64,000 bases of DNA from Eledone cirrhosa (taxonomy: Eukaryota), in the NCBI GenBank assembly GCA_964016885.1, contig OZ024751.1:17484001-17548000 (forward strand), given 5' to 3'. A program made the translations under genes and the position numbers. This document shows, piece after piece, positions 30,414-48,972 of the stretch; position 1 is the stretch's first letter, and each line of letters begins with the position of its first letter. The notes under the pieces are model-generated. The model saw only the letters and a list, made by a program, of their open reading frames with translations. It did no database searches and was not told the origin of the DNA.

Positions 30414-30495
30414 GGGGATTCCTTTCTTTGTTTCTGTGCCTTTCCTTTCTTCTGTCCTACGCCCTTTTGTTTCTGTGTGTATATATATATATATT

Positions 30496-30674
<179 letters not shown>

Positions 30675-30735
30675 TTATATTTATATATTTATATACATAT
30701 ATATATATAAATATATATATTTATATTTATATATT

Positions 30736-30892
<157 letters not shown>

Positions 30893-30904
30893 TTATTTAT
30901 ATAT

Positions 30905-33900
30905 ACAACACCTTCTTAAACAACCTTAACTCCACTATTAAAGGATTTAATTAAAAAAAAATTATAGTACATGCAGATAAAACTAATAATATATATAGCT
31001 TAGATTACGATACATATTGAACATTTATATATAAAGAACTACATAGGAGCTATAAGAAAACTACTATTAAAAACCTAAAAAATATAAATATAGAAGGCCG
31101 CAGTATAGTGTGTAAATTAGGACTTCAGAGACATACACAACCATACCCCCCCCCCCGAGATTCTCTCTGAAGGACCATAAAGAAGACTTCATTAGTAACC
31201 CTTCGATAAGACTAATCTGCCCTTCCGAATTTGACATTGGTATTATACCGCGTTGATGCACTACTCCGTATAGACTATAAACAAATTAATATAGAAAGAA
31301 CTAGGACACTATTACATAAAATTTTCAAAAACTTCAACTTACGTATCACCTTAGATAAAAACACTAAAAACGTTAACTTCCTTGATGCTACCCTTTACCT
31401 AGACTCTAAACTATATACACACTTTCATAAACCAAACGAAAAACTAATTTATGTGGATAACAAGTCTAACCACCCTAAATCCATATTAAACTCAATTACT
31501 AAAGGAATATCTAATAGAATCTCTAATCTATTTTATAATGAAACCATATTTAACAATAATTCCCAATACTATAATCAGGCATTAGCTAAATCAGGCCATA
31601 AAAATGGGATTGAATTCCTACCTATAAAATCACATAGTTACAGCATTATTTCTCACAATATGGCCATGAGAAAAAATAATAAGAGTACTAGCCACTCTTT
31701 CTTTAATACGAAGGGAAATATCAAACTTAACTTACACCAAAGTAAACACCACAATAATAATATAAACAGAAATACAAATACCTCAAAAGACATTACAAAA
31801 AACAAAAATAGAAGAACTAATACATTCTTCAATCCCCCTTTCAATCTAAACGTTTCTACCAACTTGCCTAAGGCTTTCTTCTCAATCCTAGAAAAAAACT
31901 TCCCATCTGGCCACAAATACCATAATCTTATGAATAAAAATACCATTAAAATATCTTACTCTACCACACCTAACATCGCATACCATATGGCTAGTAGTAA
32001 TAAAAGGAAGATTAATAATTATTTCCAACTAATTAAAACACAACAGGAGGTAAACTTACAGAACAACATAGTACCTGTAAACCCTAGTAGCAATAGTAAT
32101 AATGGTAATAGCACTAATGAAATCAATAACAATAGGAACGACAACCATCATTACCCTAATGCTATCCATAGCAACCAGACTTCTACACAACATAGTAACC
32201 GGCAAGCTAACTTCCAACATAAATGTATCTGTAGATCAAATAGCACCTGCCCCTTAGGTAATAATTGCTTAATCAAAGATATCATTTATTCTTGCACGGT
32301 CAACACAAACAACTCTTCTAAAACTTATATTGGCTCTACTTCGAACTGCTTCAAGACGAGATACAACTCGCACCTCCACTCTTTCCAAAAACACAATCTA
32401 GCCAAATCCACTTCATTATCTAGCTATATACACTCTCTGAAAACTAGCAATAGACCATACACACTTCAATGGGAAGTAGTAGGTAGGGCCACATCGTATA
32501 AACCACCGAATAATTATGTAACCTCTGTCTTCTAGAGACCCGTACTATAATCTTTTCGAAACTAGACCTCCTAAATAAAAAATCAGAGATATTTTCCTCA
32601 TGCCAGCACCACTACCGACACTCATTCCATAACTTTAAACCTAGCCGCTAGTATATAACAATGTCAGATTTGAATTTCTCACCACCATTAACACTTCACC
32701 TCTAGGACTTTTCTTTCCCCACAGCATCACACTCTTTGATCTGCCCTTTGATCTACTCAACTCCTATTTATCTCAAACCTTATACTCTACAATAACTATT
32801 AAAAATAAACATATAGTCACTACCTTTTAATATAACTACTTTAGATTACTTATAATATATACAGTAATGCATATATAATATGTAGAGACATTAAATGTAA
32901 TATGTGATAATGAATTATATATACATTTATAATTAAATATATAAATTTATAACATTGTATATAAAGGATTCAATTATTAACATATGGGATTTAACTAATT
33001 GGACATGTAAACAGCTATACATTATTCCATATCTTGTGTAGTAATGGATAGATAACAATCTAATGAAACCTTTATTATATTATGGGAGAGTAGACTCTAT
33101 TTAAAATTAAATATAAATATATAACATTATGAAAAAGGATTCAATTCTGACACTATATAATTTATATTAGAGCAAAGAATTTAAATAGTTTAATGAGCTA
33201 GTTACCTCCCCTTACGCATTAGCTCCCCTTAATTGTGGATCTCATATTCACTTCCGGAAATTAAACCGGTGGAAAATCTCGCTGTAGAACAACTCTAATC
33301 CATGAATAAGAATACAATAAGGGCAATTTACAATCCATTACTATAACTAACTAAAAACATTCAATACAAACATTAACTAATATATAATTGAACATATGTA
33401 ATGGATAGGAAATCAATAACTTTCATATTCTCCACACATACACATTTGAACTCTACAGAAACTATCATCGCATTACATCCTCCATAATACACTAACATTA
33501 TTCGCTTAAAGTGCTTGTCTTTTATGTAATACCATGCCATACAGTATTTATATATGCCTAATACCTTTGCTTGTTTCCTTCACATATATATGACTAACGA
33601 ATGTGCACTCTCTGCACGCTTGAATATGTACTGCTAGAGTCTTCATTCTTACTCAATGCCTCTTTAATTATTAGACTATTCTCTTGTATTATGGGTTGCA
33701 TGTATTCCACTCTGTGCTTTTAATTTGAATTTGAATTTTTGTACAATTCTCGTATAATATATGTCGCATCCATTAAACGCTGTAAATACTAAACTGTTGT
33801 TCACAACATGAATATATATGTATCTATATGATTGTTCAGTTGAATAGGAGCTTAATAATATGTACAAACATTCATAATTCTCCGATGACTCCAAACGAAA

Positions 33901-34085
33901 GTTTGGAAGAAACAATTGTCAACAATTGAATGATTTGAACATAACTTTCATATTTGTGTAATTTATATTCCTGTTCCGTAAAACACCTGATGTTCTTACA
34001 TTGAGCTATTTCCCTTACTGGTGATAACGTAGTAATAAACTACTGACCTTTCCTGTTTATAGTATATACATGAGTATAAATAATA
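30905..34085 (+). mobile_element. Penelope-like retroelement, internally deleted
   Basis: ORF 31231-32535 (frameshifted tail to ~32650): LYRVDAL (YRDD site), VNFLD, SNHP..I..RIS thumb, FNPPF..FP..HKY linker, CIC..CPL..CL..IIYSC..YIGST endonuclease. Long 3' UTR/terminal repeat. Confidence 0.9.
33869..33932 (+). ncRNA. Hammerhead motif, CCGAUGA core variant, in PLE 3' repeat
   Basis: CATTCATAATTCT-CCGATGA-C-TCCAAAC GAAA GTTTGGA-A-GAAA-CAATTG-TC-AACAATTGAATG. Confidence 0.65.
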
Positions 34086-34110
34086 TCATTATATATAAAT
34101 ATATAAATAT

Positions 34111-34283
<173 letters not shown>

Positions 34284-34292
34284 GATATATAT

Positions 34293-34490
<198 letters not shown>

Positions 34491-34525
34491 AATATATATA
34501 TATATAAATATATATATATATTTAT

Positions 34526-34614
<89 letters not shown>

Positions 34615-34749
34615 TATATATATATAAATATATATATATAAATATATGTATATATAAATATATATATATATAAATATATATATATAAATATTTATATATA
34701 AATATATATATATAAATATATATATATATAAATATATATATATATAAAT

Positions 34750-34837
<88 letters not shown>

Positions 34838-34839
<2 letters not shown>

Positions 34840-35064
34840 GATATTAACAAATGGAAACTACATTTATAAAACCATATTTATTTTATTATACATATTTCAA
34901 GGACCCCACGTTAAATTATGGTGTGCTTTCATCAGACAAAATATAATATAGATCAGCTATATTTTGTCTGATGAAAGCACACCATAATTTAACGTGGTGT
35001 CCTTGAAATATGTATAATAAAATAAATATGGTTTTATAAATTTACTTTCTATTTGTTAATATCG

Positions 35065-35065
<1 letters not shown>
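34838..35065. mobile_element. Fold-back mini-element with a hammerhead on each strand
   Basis: Plus motif 34960-35024 (TATTTTGT-CTGATGA-AAGCACACCA..TGGTGTCCTT-GAAA-TATGTA-TA-ATAAAATA) and its inverted copy at 34879-34943, embedded in ~1.2 kb of (TA)n. Confidence 0.85.
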
Positions 35066-35151
<86 letters not shown>

Positions 35152-35274
35152 TTATATATATATATTTGTATATTTATATATATATATTTATATATTTATA
35201 TATATATATTTATATATTTATATATTTATATATTTATATATATATTTATATATATATTTATATATATATTTATA

Positions 35275-41451
<6,177 letters not shown>

Positions 41452-41475
41452 ATGTTATAGAATTATATATATTCC

Positions 41476-41676
41476 ATGGTTAGAAAATTGGATTCGCAAT
41501 TGTGAGTTTGTGAGTTCGATTCCTGGACCGGGCGATGCGTTATGTCCTTGAGCAAGACACTTTATTTCACGTTGTTCCTTCTACCTGGAGTTTCAACCGA
41601 GAGATAGTATTAGCAATTGGAAAGACCAACGGAAACATTGTTTCCTCGGTCCGATTTAACGAAAGTCGATCGACTC
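41476..41676 (+). mobile_element. SINE family B
   Basis: B box GAGTTCGATTCC plus the family B body and tail. Confidence 0.85.
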
Positions 41677-41697
41677 TCCATATATTACATATGTGTT

Positions 41698-43730
41698 AAT
41701 AGCGGGGGTACTGGTTTGTATGAATGTAACAAAACGAGACAATGTTTGTGTATATAATATTTAATTAACGGTAGATAGAATACTTGACATGTCAAAGATA
41801 GATGTTAGAATGAAACAAAGTTAGTAGTTACCGTTTTGATTGCCAGGCAAACGCGGCTGGCAGAGGGCGCCTGGCCTTAGCCAGGCGCCTGTTGGCCAAA
41901 TTAATGGCAGAGCCAAATGAGAAGACTCTTGACCTGGTGCCGAAAAGGCAAAGAGAGAGGAAGGAAGCTTAACGTTGTTAGTTTTATAGGGCTCTGACCG
42001 GAAGTTGCAGAAAGGGTTCCACTTCCCGTCTAGATCCTAATCAAAACAAGGGAGACAACCGCTACATAACCTCCCGCCAGAATTTTAGTGTATAAAAATC
42101 GAAATGAAAATATGTAGCAAGTTGGCGAGAATGTTGTAACAGGCATGAAAATTACGACAAAAGAATGTTTGGAAAAATCAATGATAGATATCAAGGTAGC
42201 CAACCGCTCTTGGCCAGAGAACGACTGGACATCCATCTATCCATCACCCAAAGATACAATGTAATAAAGTAAAAGTAATAAAAGAGCTCAAAGTTCAAAA
42301 TATAGTTCACAGGTGTGCAATCACATGACAGCAGGAAAGAAAGTGTGTTCCAGAGAATGAATGCAGGTGGTTTCTGTTCTGTGGTACATCGTGAAATTTC
42401 CAACCTCCGAATGGATTTTCTCACAGGAAGAGTGCTGCAAAAATAAATTCTCTGGCTTTGGTGAAGCTGTGTTGATGTATTGCTGTTGCTGTTATATTGC
42501 TGTTGCTGCTGCTGTTGTCTTGCTGAGTGAGCGTATTCGGTGTTTAAATTCACAGTAAAAAAAAATTTTTTTTTAGAAAAAAATGAGTTGCGCAAAGTGC
42601 TAGAAATAGCAGCCGAAGTTGATGGTCGATGTTGAGAATGCGTTGACCTGGAAGGGTCAAGAGGCCAGCGACCAGAGAAATAAGCATTCTTAATAAATGC
42701 GCGGTTATCAACGGTAAATTTACATTGTAAATTTATAAACCGGCAAATAGAAGAATATAGCTTAAGGCTGAAGAATCCCTGGTGATAAATGGCGTACGGC
42801 TGTCTGTGAGTAAAGACATCTCAGTGAATCGAGAATTTATGCTGCCTACACGTGCCAATACAAGGTTGAAAAAAAAATATTTCTAACGCGCGAGAAAATG
42901 ATAGTGGAATTTTGAAAGTGACAATGATGAAAAAGAAAGGCTTCAATCAGCATAATTATAGGTGTGAACTTTTGGAAAAAAAAAAAAAAAACTAGAACTT
43001 TTTTTTTTTTTTTGTATTTTGAAAGAGTTCGTTGTAAGAAACGAGAAACATATATATATATATATCGTGAAATGTTTTTTTTTTTTTTTGTTTTGAAAGT
43101 GTTCGTTGTAAGAAACGAGAAACATATATATATATTGGTGAAATGCGACAGTTAGTTGATGCGTGAGAGAAAAAGTCTGTCTGTGCGAATTCCACATGTG
43201 CGTGTGTGCGTGTCCTTGAGTATTTTCATAGTTTGTCGCTAAATTTGCTGTGTATTCGTAATGTTACTCACAAAACCAGATGTGCTATTTTTTTCTTTTT
43301 TGGGGGGTGACCACTTATAGCGATGAACGGCTGCGTGTTCGTATCACGTCAGGGTTACCAAAATAGCGGAGATTACTGGTTGCATGAATGTAACAAAACG
43401 AGACAATGTTTGTGTATATAATATTTAATTAACGGTAGATAGAATACTTGACATGTCAAAGATAGATGTTAGAATGAAACAAAGTTAGTAGTTACCGTTT
43501 TGATTGCCAGGCAAACGCGGCTGGCAGAGGGCGCCTGGCCTTAGCCAGGCGCCTGTTGGCCAAATTAATGGCAGAGCCAAATGAGAAGACTCTTGACCTG
43601 GTGCCGAAAAGGCAAAGAGAGAGGAAGGAAGCTTAACGTTGTTAGTTTTATAGGGCTCTGACCGGAAGTTGCAGAAAGGGTTCCACTTCCCGTCTAGATC
43701 CTAATCAAAACAAGGGAGACAACCGCTACA
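41698..43730 (-). mobile_element. Non-autonomous LTR retrotransposon (TRIM-like), tRNA-Trp primed
   Basis: 369-bp direct repeats at 41698-42066 and 43362-43730; 4-bp TSD TGTT (41694-41697 and 43731-43734); PBS TGGTAACCCTGACGTGAT 1 nt after the 5' LTR; purine-rich GGCGGGAGG before the 3' LTR; TATAAAA in the LTR; no convincing internal ORF. Confidence 0.9.
43325..43360 (-). promoter_or_regulatory. Extended primer-binding site complementary to the tRNA-Trp 3' half
   Basis: Plus strand reads GGCTGCGTGTTCGTATCACGTCAGGGTTACCA, matching the eukaryotic tRNA-Trp T arm, acceptor 3' strand and CCA (tRNA sequence recalled, not searched). Confidence 0.8.
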
Positions 43731-43807
43731 TGTTTATGTATGTTTATACGTACATGTGTGTGTGTGGATTTTTACTGATATACGTATGCATATTTATTTT
43801 ATTTTGT

Positions 43808-43840
<33 letters not shown>

Positions 43841-44379
43841 TTACCTCTATATATATTTATGTACGTATCTATCTATGTACGTATCTATCTACGTACGTAT
43901 CTATCTACGCACGTATCTATGTATGCAAATATGTATGTATGTATGTATGTATCTATGTATGCATATGTGTATATATGTATATATCTATGTATGTATGTAT
44001 CTATGTACCTATGTATCTAAACTTTAATCTGTATGAATAATATATGTTACATAAATAATAAACATAGCTATAAAACACACACGCTCAAATTTAACCACAT
44101 GCATAAACATACACACAATAAAATACAAACAAAATAGATAGATACTTGATGTATAGATAACGATCACAACACATTTATATATTTATATAGAGCTGTTCAC
44201 TGTCTCTTTTCTACAATAGCTTAACATTTTACTGGTGCCGTTCTAAAATCTTCCCTTAAGCAATGTATGGATTTAAATACTTCTATTCAAAATGTTATCG
44301 CTTTAAATGGATCTTGCTATAGGTGTTTTACCAATATCAGCTATGAGGTCTATATAATATTGTGTGTATGTGTTCGCGA

Positions 44380-44442
<63 letters not shown>

Positions 44443-44443
<1 letters not shown>

Positions 44444-45462
44444 TAGCAGCAGTACCCAGCGTTGCCTGGGTAGGTAAAATAGTATCTGGTTTGATGAAAA
44501 GGTGTTGATCTTAGCGACTGCTTCTCGATGACTATTCTATGGCCACACACAGGCCATGCGGCGGAGGGTGGTGATGACCTCTATCACTGACAAACACGGG
44601 TGACCGACGAAGGGGCATGCTGGGGGGGGGGGGTAATGACCTCTAACACTAAGCCAAATTTTCTCACGCTACTTGATTGGAAACCGATGAATTCGCAAAT
44701 ACACAACTAAAAGCTCAGACGACGTCAGTGGCCATCGTTTCGCCTTTGACCATCTATAAGATGTGCAATGATAGCTTCTATCGTAGTATAAAAGTTGAAC
44801 AAAATAAATTGATTTATGAGTGAGGTGGAGCCGAAGTTTCGAATTTGAACGAAATCGGTTGAAAAATGTGGGAGCTAGAGCCGAAAAGGCGGAATTTTGA
44901 GCGAAAAGGTGGTATTTTTGAATATTTAAGCGGCTGCCAGGCCGTTCCTGAACAAAAAATCCAAAATGTAAAGCTACGATAAATAAAGACCTGAAAAAAT
45001 CAGATCTAGCGTAGTGTAAAATTTGAACAAAGTAGGTTGATTAATTTGGGAGCTAGAGCCGAATAAGTCGAAATTTGAGTCTAAAAGTGGTATTTTTGAA
45101 TATTTAAGCGACTGCCACGCCGTCCCTAAATAACAAATGCAAGAAATAACGCCATTACAGGATGTGCAATGATAAATTATATTTTGCTTTAAAATTTGGA
45201 CGAAATCGGTGGCAAAGTGTGGGAGCTAGAGCCACAAATCTTATTTTTCGATACCTAAAAAAAGGTGACGTCCCTATCGATTTTTATCTGCAGAATGACC
45301 CCGGAATAAAAAAACGATACCCTATTACATAGAAAACACTGCCCGCTGACTAATCTATGAGTCTGTAAAGATTCATGAAAATCGGTCGTAAGATGTAGGC
45401 CCCTATAGGTAATACACAGACACACAGACACACACACATACTTAATTTTATATATATACAGA
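44443..45462 (-). mobile_element. Non-autonomous Helitron
   Basis: Minus strand: A|TCTGTATATATATAAAA...ACCCAG GCAACG CTGGGT...CTAG|T. Three internal repeats end in GGGAGCTAGAGCC. Confidence 0.85.
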
Positions 45463-45473
45463 TATATATATTT

Positions 45474-47986
45474 CTAGGGCGGGTAAAATTCCCGAGATTC
45501 ATGGACGAGTTCTCTCCAGCGGTCCCTGTCCCTCATTATCGCTGCCATGTCCTGCGTCTCCAACAGACCAGTGTCTGTCCTTAGGGCATCAACATACGTT
45601 AACCTTGGTCTTCCTCTTCCAGTGTGTCCATATAAGGGCTCCCACAGGAGCACCGGGTGCAATGTCAGTCCAGCTAACCTCAGTATCCTCTGTGTCACTT
45701 TGGAGCCGACTTTTGGGAGGCTCCCATTCAGCTCTGAGTTTTTCATCCTCAGTGTATACTGATTAGTGTTCAGAGGCATCCTCAGCATTCTCGTGTAGCA
45801 CCCATCCACCATCTGAGTGAGTTTCTTGGTCAGTGTCCAAGTCTCAGACCCGTACAGCAGCACAGACTTCACTATAGCAGTGAAGAGGATGATTTTCATG
45901 TCTTTACGAAGGTCCGACTACGACACCGATTTCAACCACATCATCTTCCGTATTCCCAATCTTTGCTCCCAAATACAGGAAGTCCTCAAATCAATTCTAA
46001 CGGCTTCCCGCCTACATTAGTGATCCCCTCTGGCTTCTCAACATTCTCTACCAGATATTTTGTTTTAGTCTCATTCATTCTCAGCCCCACACTCATCGAA
46101 ACAGTCCCAACCTCCTGCATCAAATCCTCTGCCTCCTTCACTGTATTTGTCACCAAAACTATGTCGTCGGCAAATTCAGGATCTGATATCTTTTTCGCCT
46201 TAACTCTCCTGCTCTGAGCCGATGCTATAGTAAAGCGAGAGTTCTGGTGTTTCTCCAGTGCAAGGCGCCTACAATAGTCCACTACGACGATAAAGAGGTA
46301 GGGAGCCAATGTATAACCCTAGAGCATTCCAGCCAATATCTCAAAGAACTCTGTCATCCCATCAGGTGTAATGACTTGGGCTTTGGTGTTGGTGTAGAGC
46401 AGTGATATCAGGTCCAATATCTTCTTGGGGATTCCATAAGCCTGTAAGATCTTCATCAGGTAGTGACGGTCCACAGAATCAAAGGCCTTCCTAAAGTCAA
46501 TGAGAATCATGACCGCAGGAAGTCACTTTGCACTAGCTCTCTCTAATATCGTCCTCAGCATCAGGATGTGACTGGTGATTGATCTTCCCTCTCTGAAGCC
46601 GTTCTGCTTGTCCCTGAGCTTCTTCTCCATCTCAGGGTGGATCCTGTTAAGAAGCATCCTGTTGAGGGTCTTTGCCACAAGTGACGTCTGTGAGATCCCC
46701 CTGTAGTTGTTTGTGTTAGAGAGATTTCCCTTCTTTGGCACTGGGACGATGTTACTGATCTTCCACTGATTCGGGGTAACTCCTTTCTCCAGTGCCTGGT
46801 TACAGAACCCCAGGATGATATCATCAAAATCACACCTCTTCATCACCTCTGATGCCACTCCATCTTCTCCATGAGCCTTGACTTCCTTGATCTTCTTCTT
46901 GGCTCTCTGAAGCTCCTCTCTGGTGAAGGGCTCTGTCTCAATATCCAGTTCTTCAAACAGCCGCCTGATCTCCCCAGGGTTCTGAGCTGTGTAGGATGGC
47001 TCTCCTAGTAGGGTCCTAAAATGGTCTAGCCATTTCCTCTGCCTATCCTCGGGCCCTGTTCCCTGGATCTGACTCGAACGCCTCTTCCTCTCTATGATCT
47101 CGTTGAAGATCATCCAGCTCTCCTTACATCCAGACCTGTCAACCGCTCTCTCCACACTTCTGATCTTCTCTATCAGTGCCACCTCTCTGTCCTCAGTATA
47201 AGCGGTACAGAGTTCTTCCCTCATCACCTCCACAGTCTCCATCCTCTCCTCCGTAGGATCAGCATATAATTGGTCTTTGGCAGCTTTCGGCTGTTCTCCG
47301 GCTGCACACACTTTTGGGTCTCCGGAGCTGACGTGCTTCCTTTTGTTCTTTCTCCTCGGCACCAGGATCTCACTTGCTTCCGCCACTGAATTGGTGATGT
47401 GTCTGTACCTCCTCGTCACACTCTCCTCAGTCCATTCAATCTCTCTCTCCTCTGTCTCTCCACACAGAGCACTGAACCTGTTCCTCACTTCCACTGTGAA
47501 CCTTTCCTGTAGCTTATCATCTTCCTTGAAAGCTCCCCAGTCATAGATTGCTCTCCGTGGCTGAGCCTTGCTCTTTCTTAAGCTCACCCGGATCTCATTC
47601 ATATCAAGCCGGTGGTCACTACCCAGTGTAGTGAAATAGTTGAATGGTTCCGTGTTCAGAACACTATTCCGCGACTTTTTCCTCACCAGAATGAAATTAA
47701 TCTGGGACTTAGACAGGTGCATATCTAAGATGTAAGCCCACATCTTCCCCGGATTCTTCCTAAACCTTAGGTTGGTCGCTATCAAGTTCGCCTCCAGCAA
47801 GGTGTCTCTCAGTAGTGCTGTTAGATAGACTCTCCACGTTTCTTTTCAATAGCTGACAATACCTTACCTACGCCACTCGAATAAGGGAGTTATGACAACT
47901 AAGTGGTAACTCCACATTCTCCACAGCTCCTGAATTCCCGAACTGGAACCTTGCCACTGGATGTAGTTTAATGTTATTCCCAGGAC

Positions 47987-47990
<4 letters not shown>
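45474..47990 (-). mobile_element. RTE-type LINE, decayed (AP endonuclease end plus RT)
   Basis: ORF pieces 46523-47800, 46319-46510, 45986-46309 and 45474-45899: GSDH, VPVPKKG..NYRGIS, QNGFREGRS, IDFRKAFDSVD, APYLF, FADD, LLYGSETWTL, GRGRP. Confidence 0.92.
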
Positions 47991-48028
<38 letters not shown>

Positions 48029-48075
48029 TTACACATATATTCTTTCAGGATATTCATATTTTAGAAGAAAATGTG

Positions 48076-48167
<92 letters not shown>

Positions 48168-48171
<4 letters not shown>

Positions 48172-48558
48172 ATAATAATAAAACTGAAGACTAAAATTCA
48201 AAGAGGGCTCGATAAGGAAAATATATATCAAATATATAAGAACCGTAGAGCAAATATTTATTAAAATAACAGATTAAAGTTTAAGCAAAGAATCGCTGCT
48301 TTCATCCTTAACGGGATCTTCTGAAACTAACAAAGTCAATCTGTAAACGCAGAACTGGATATTTCAAAGAACGTTGCAACCGGAGGAAGACAGGAAGACG
48401 AACCAAAGTATCGTCTTCCTGTCTTCCTCCGGTTGCAACGTTCTTTGAAATATCCAGTTCTGCGTTTACAGATTGACTTTGTTAGTTTCAGAAGATCCCG
48501 TTAATGGTGAAAGCAGCGATTCTTTGCTTAAACTTTAATCTGTTATTTTAATAAATAT
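48168..48558. mobile_element. Fold-back mini-element with unique tail
   Basis: Arms 48254-48401 and 48411-48558, 9-nt spacer, tail 48168-48253. Family members at ~6188-6350, ~25000-25530 and ~27480-27655. Confidence 0.8.
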
Positions 48559-48603
48559 ATATATATATATATATATGTATATTTATATATATGTATATAT
48601 ATA

Positions 48604-48679
<76 letters not shown>

Positions 48680-48831
48680 GATAAATCTACCAAGAGTTTA
48701 CGGTAGTGTCCAATCCGTATGAAGAACTCAATGTATTCCGGATATCATGGAAAGAAGAGATGTAATGAAAAATCACTTTCGGTGAAAGATAAACGGTATA
48801 CAGAGTCAAGATAAAATATTAATATTTTATA

Positions 48832-48871
<40 letters not shown>

Positions 48872-48894
48872 TTATATATATGTATATATATATA

Positions 48895-48969
<75 letters not shown>

Positions 48970-48972
<3 letters not shown>

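Noticed and set aside
48480-48530. CAGAAGA-TCCC..GG-T-GAAA hammerhead-like string, also at ~6230, ~25365 and ~27520
   Set aside because: Core is CAGAAGA in all copies and I could not build stem I or stem III, so it is not supported as a ribozyme.
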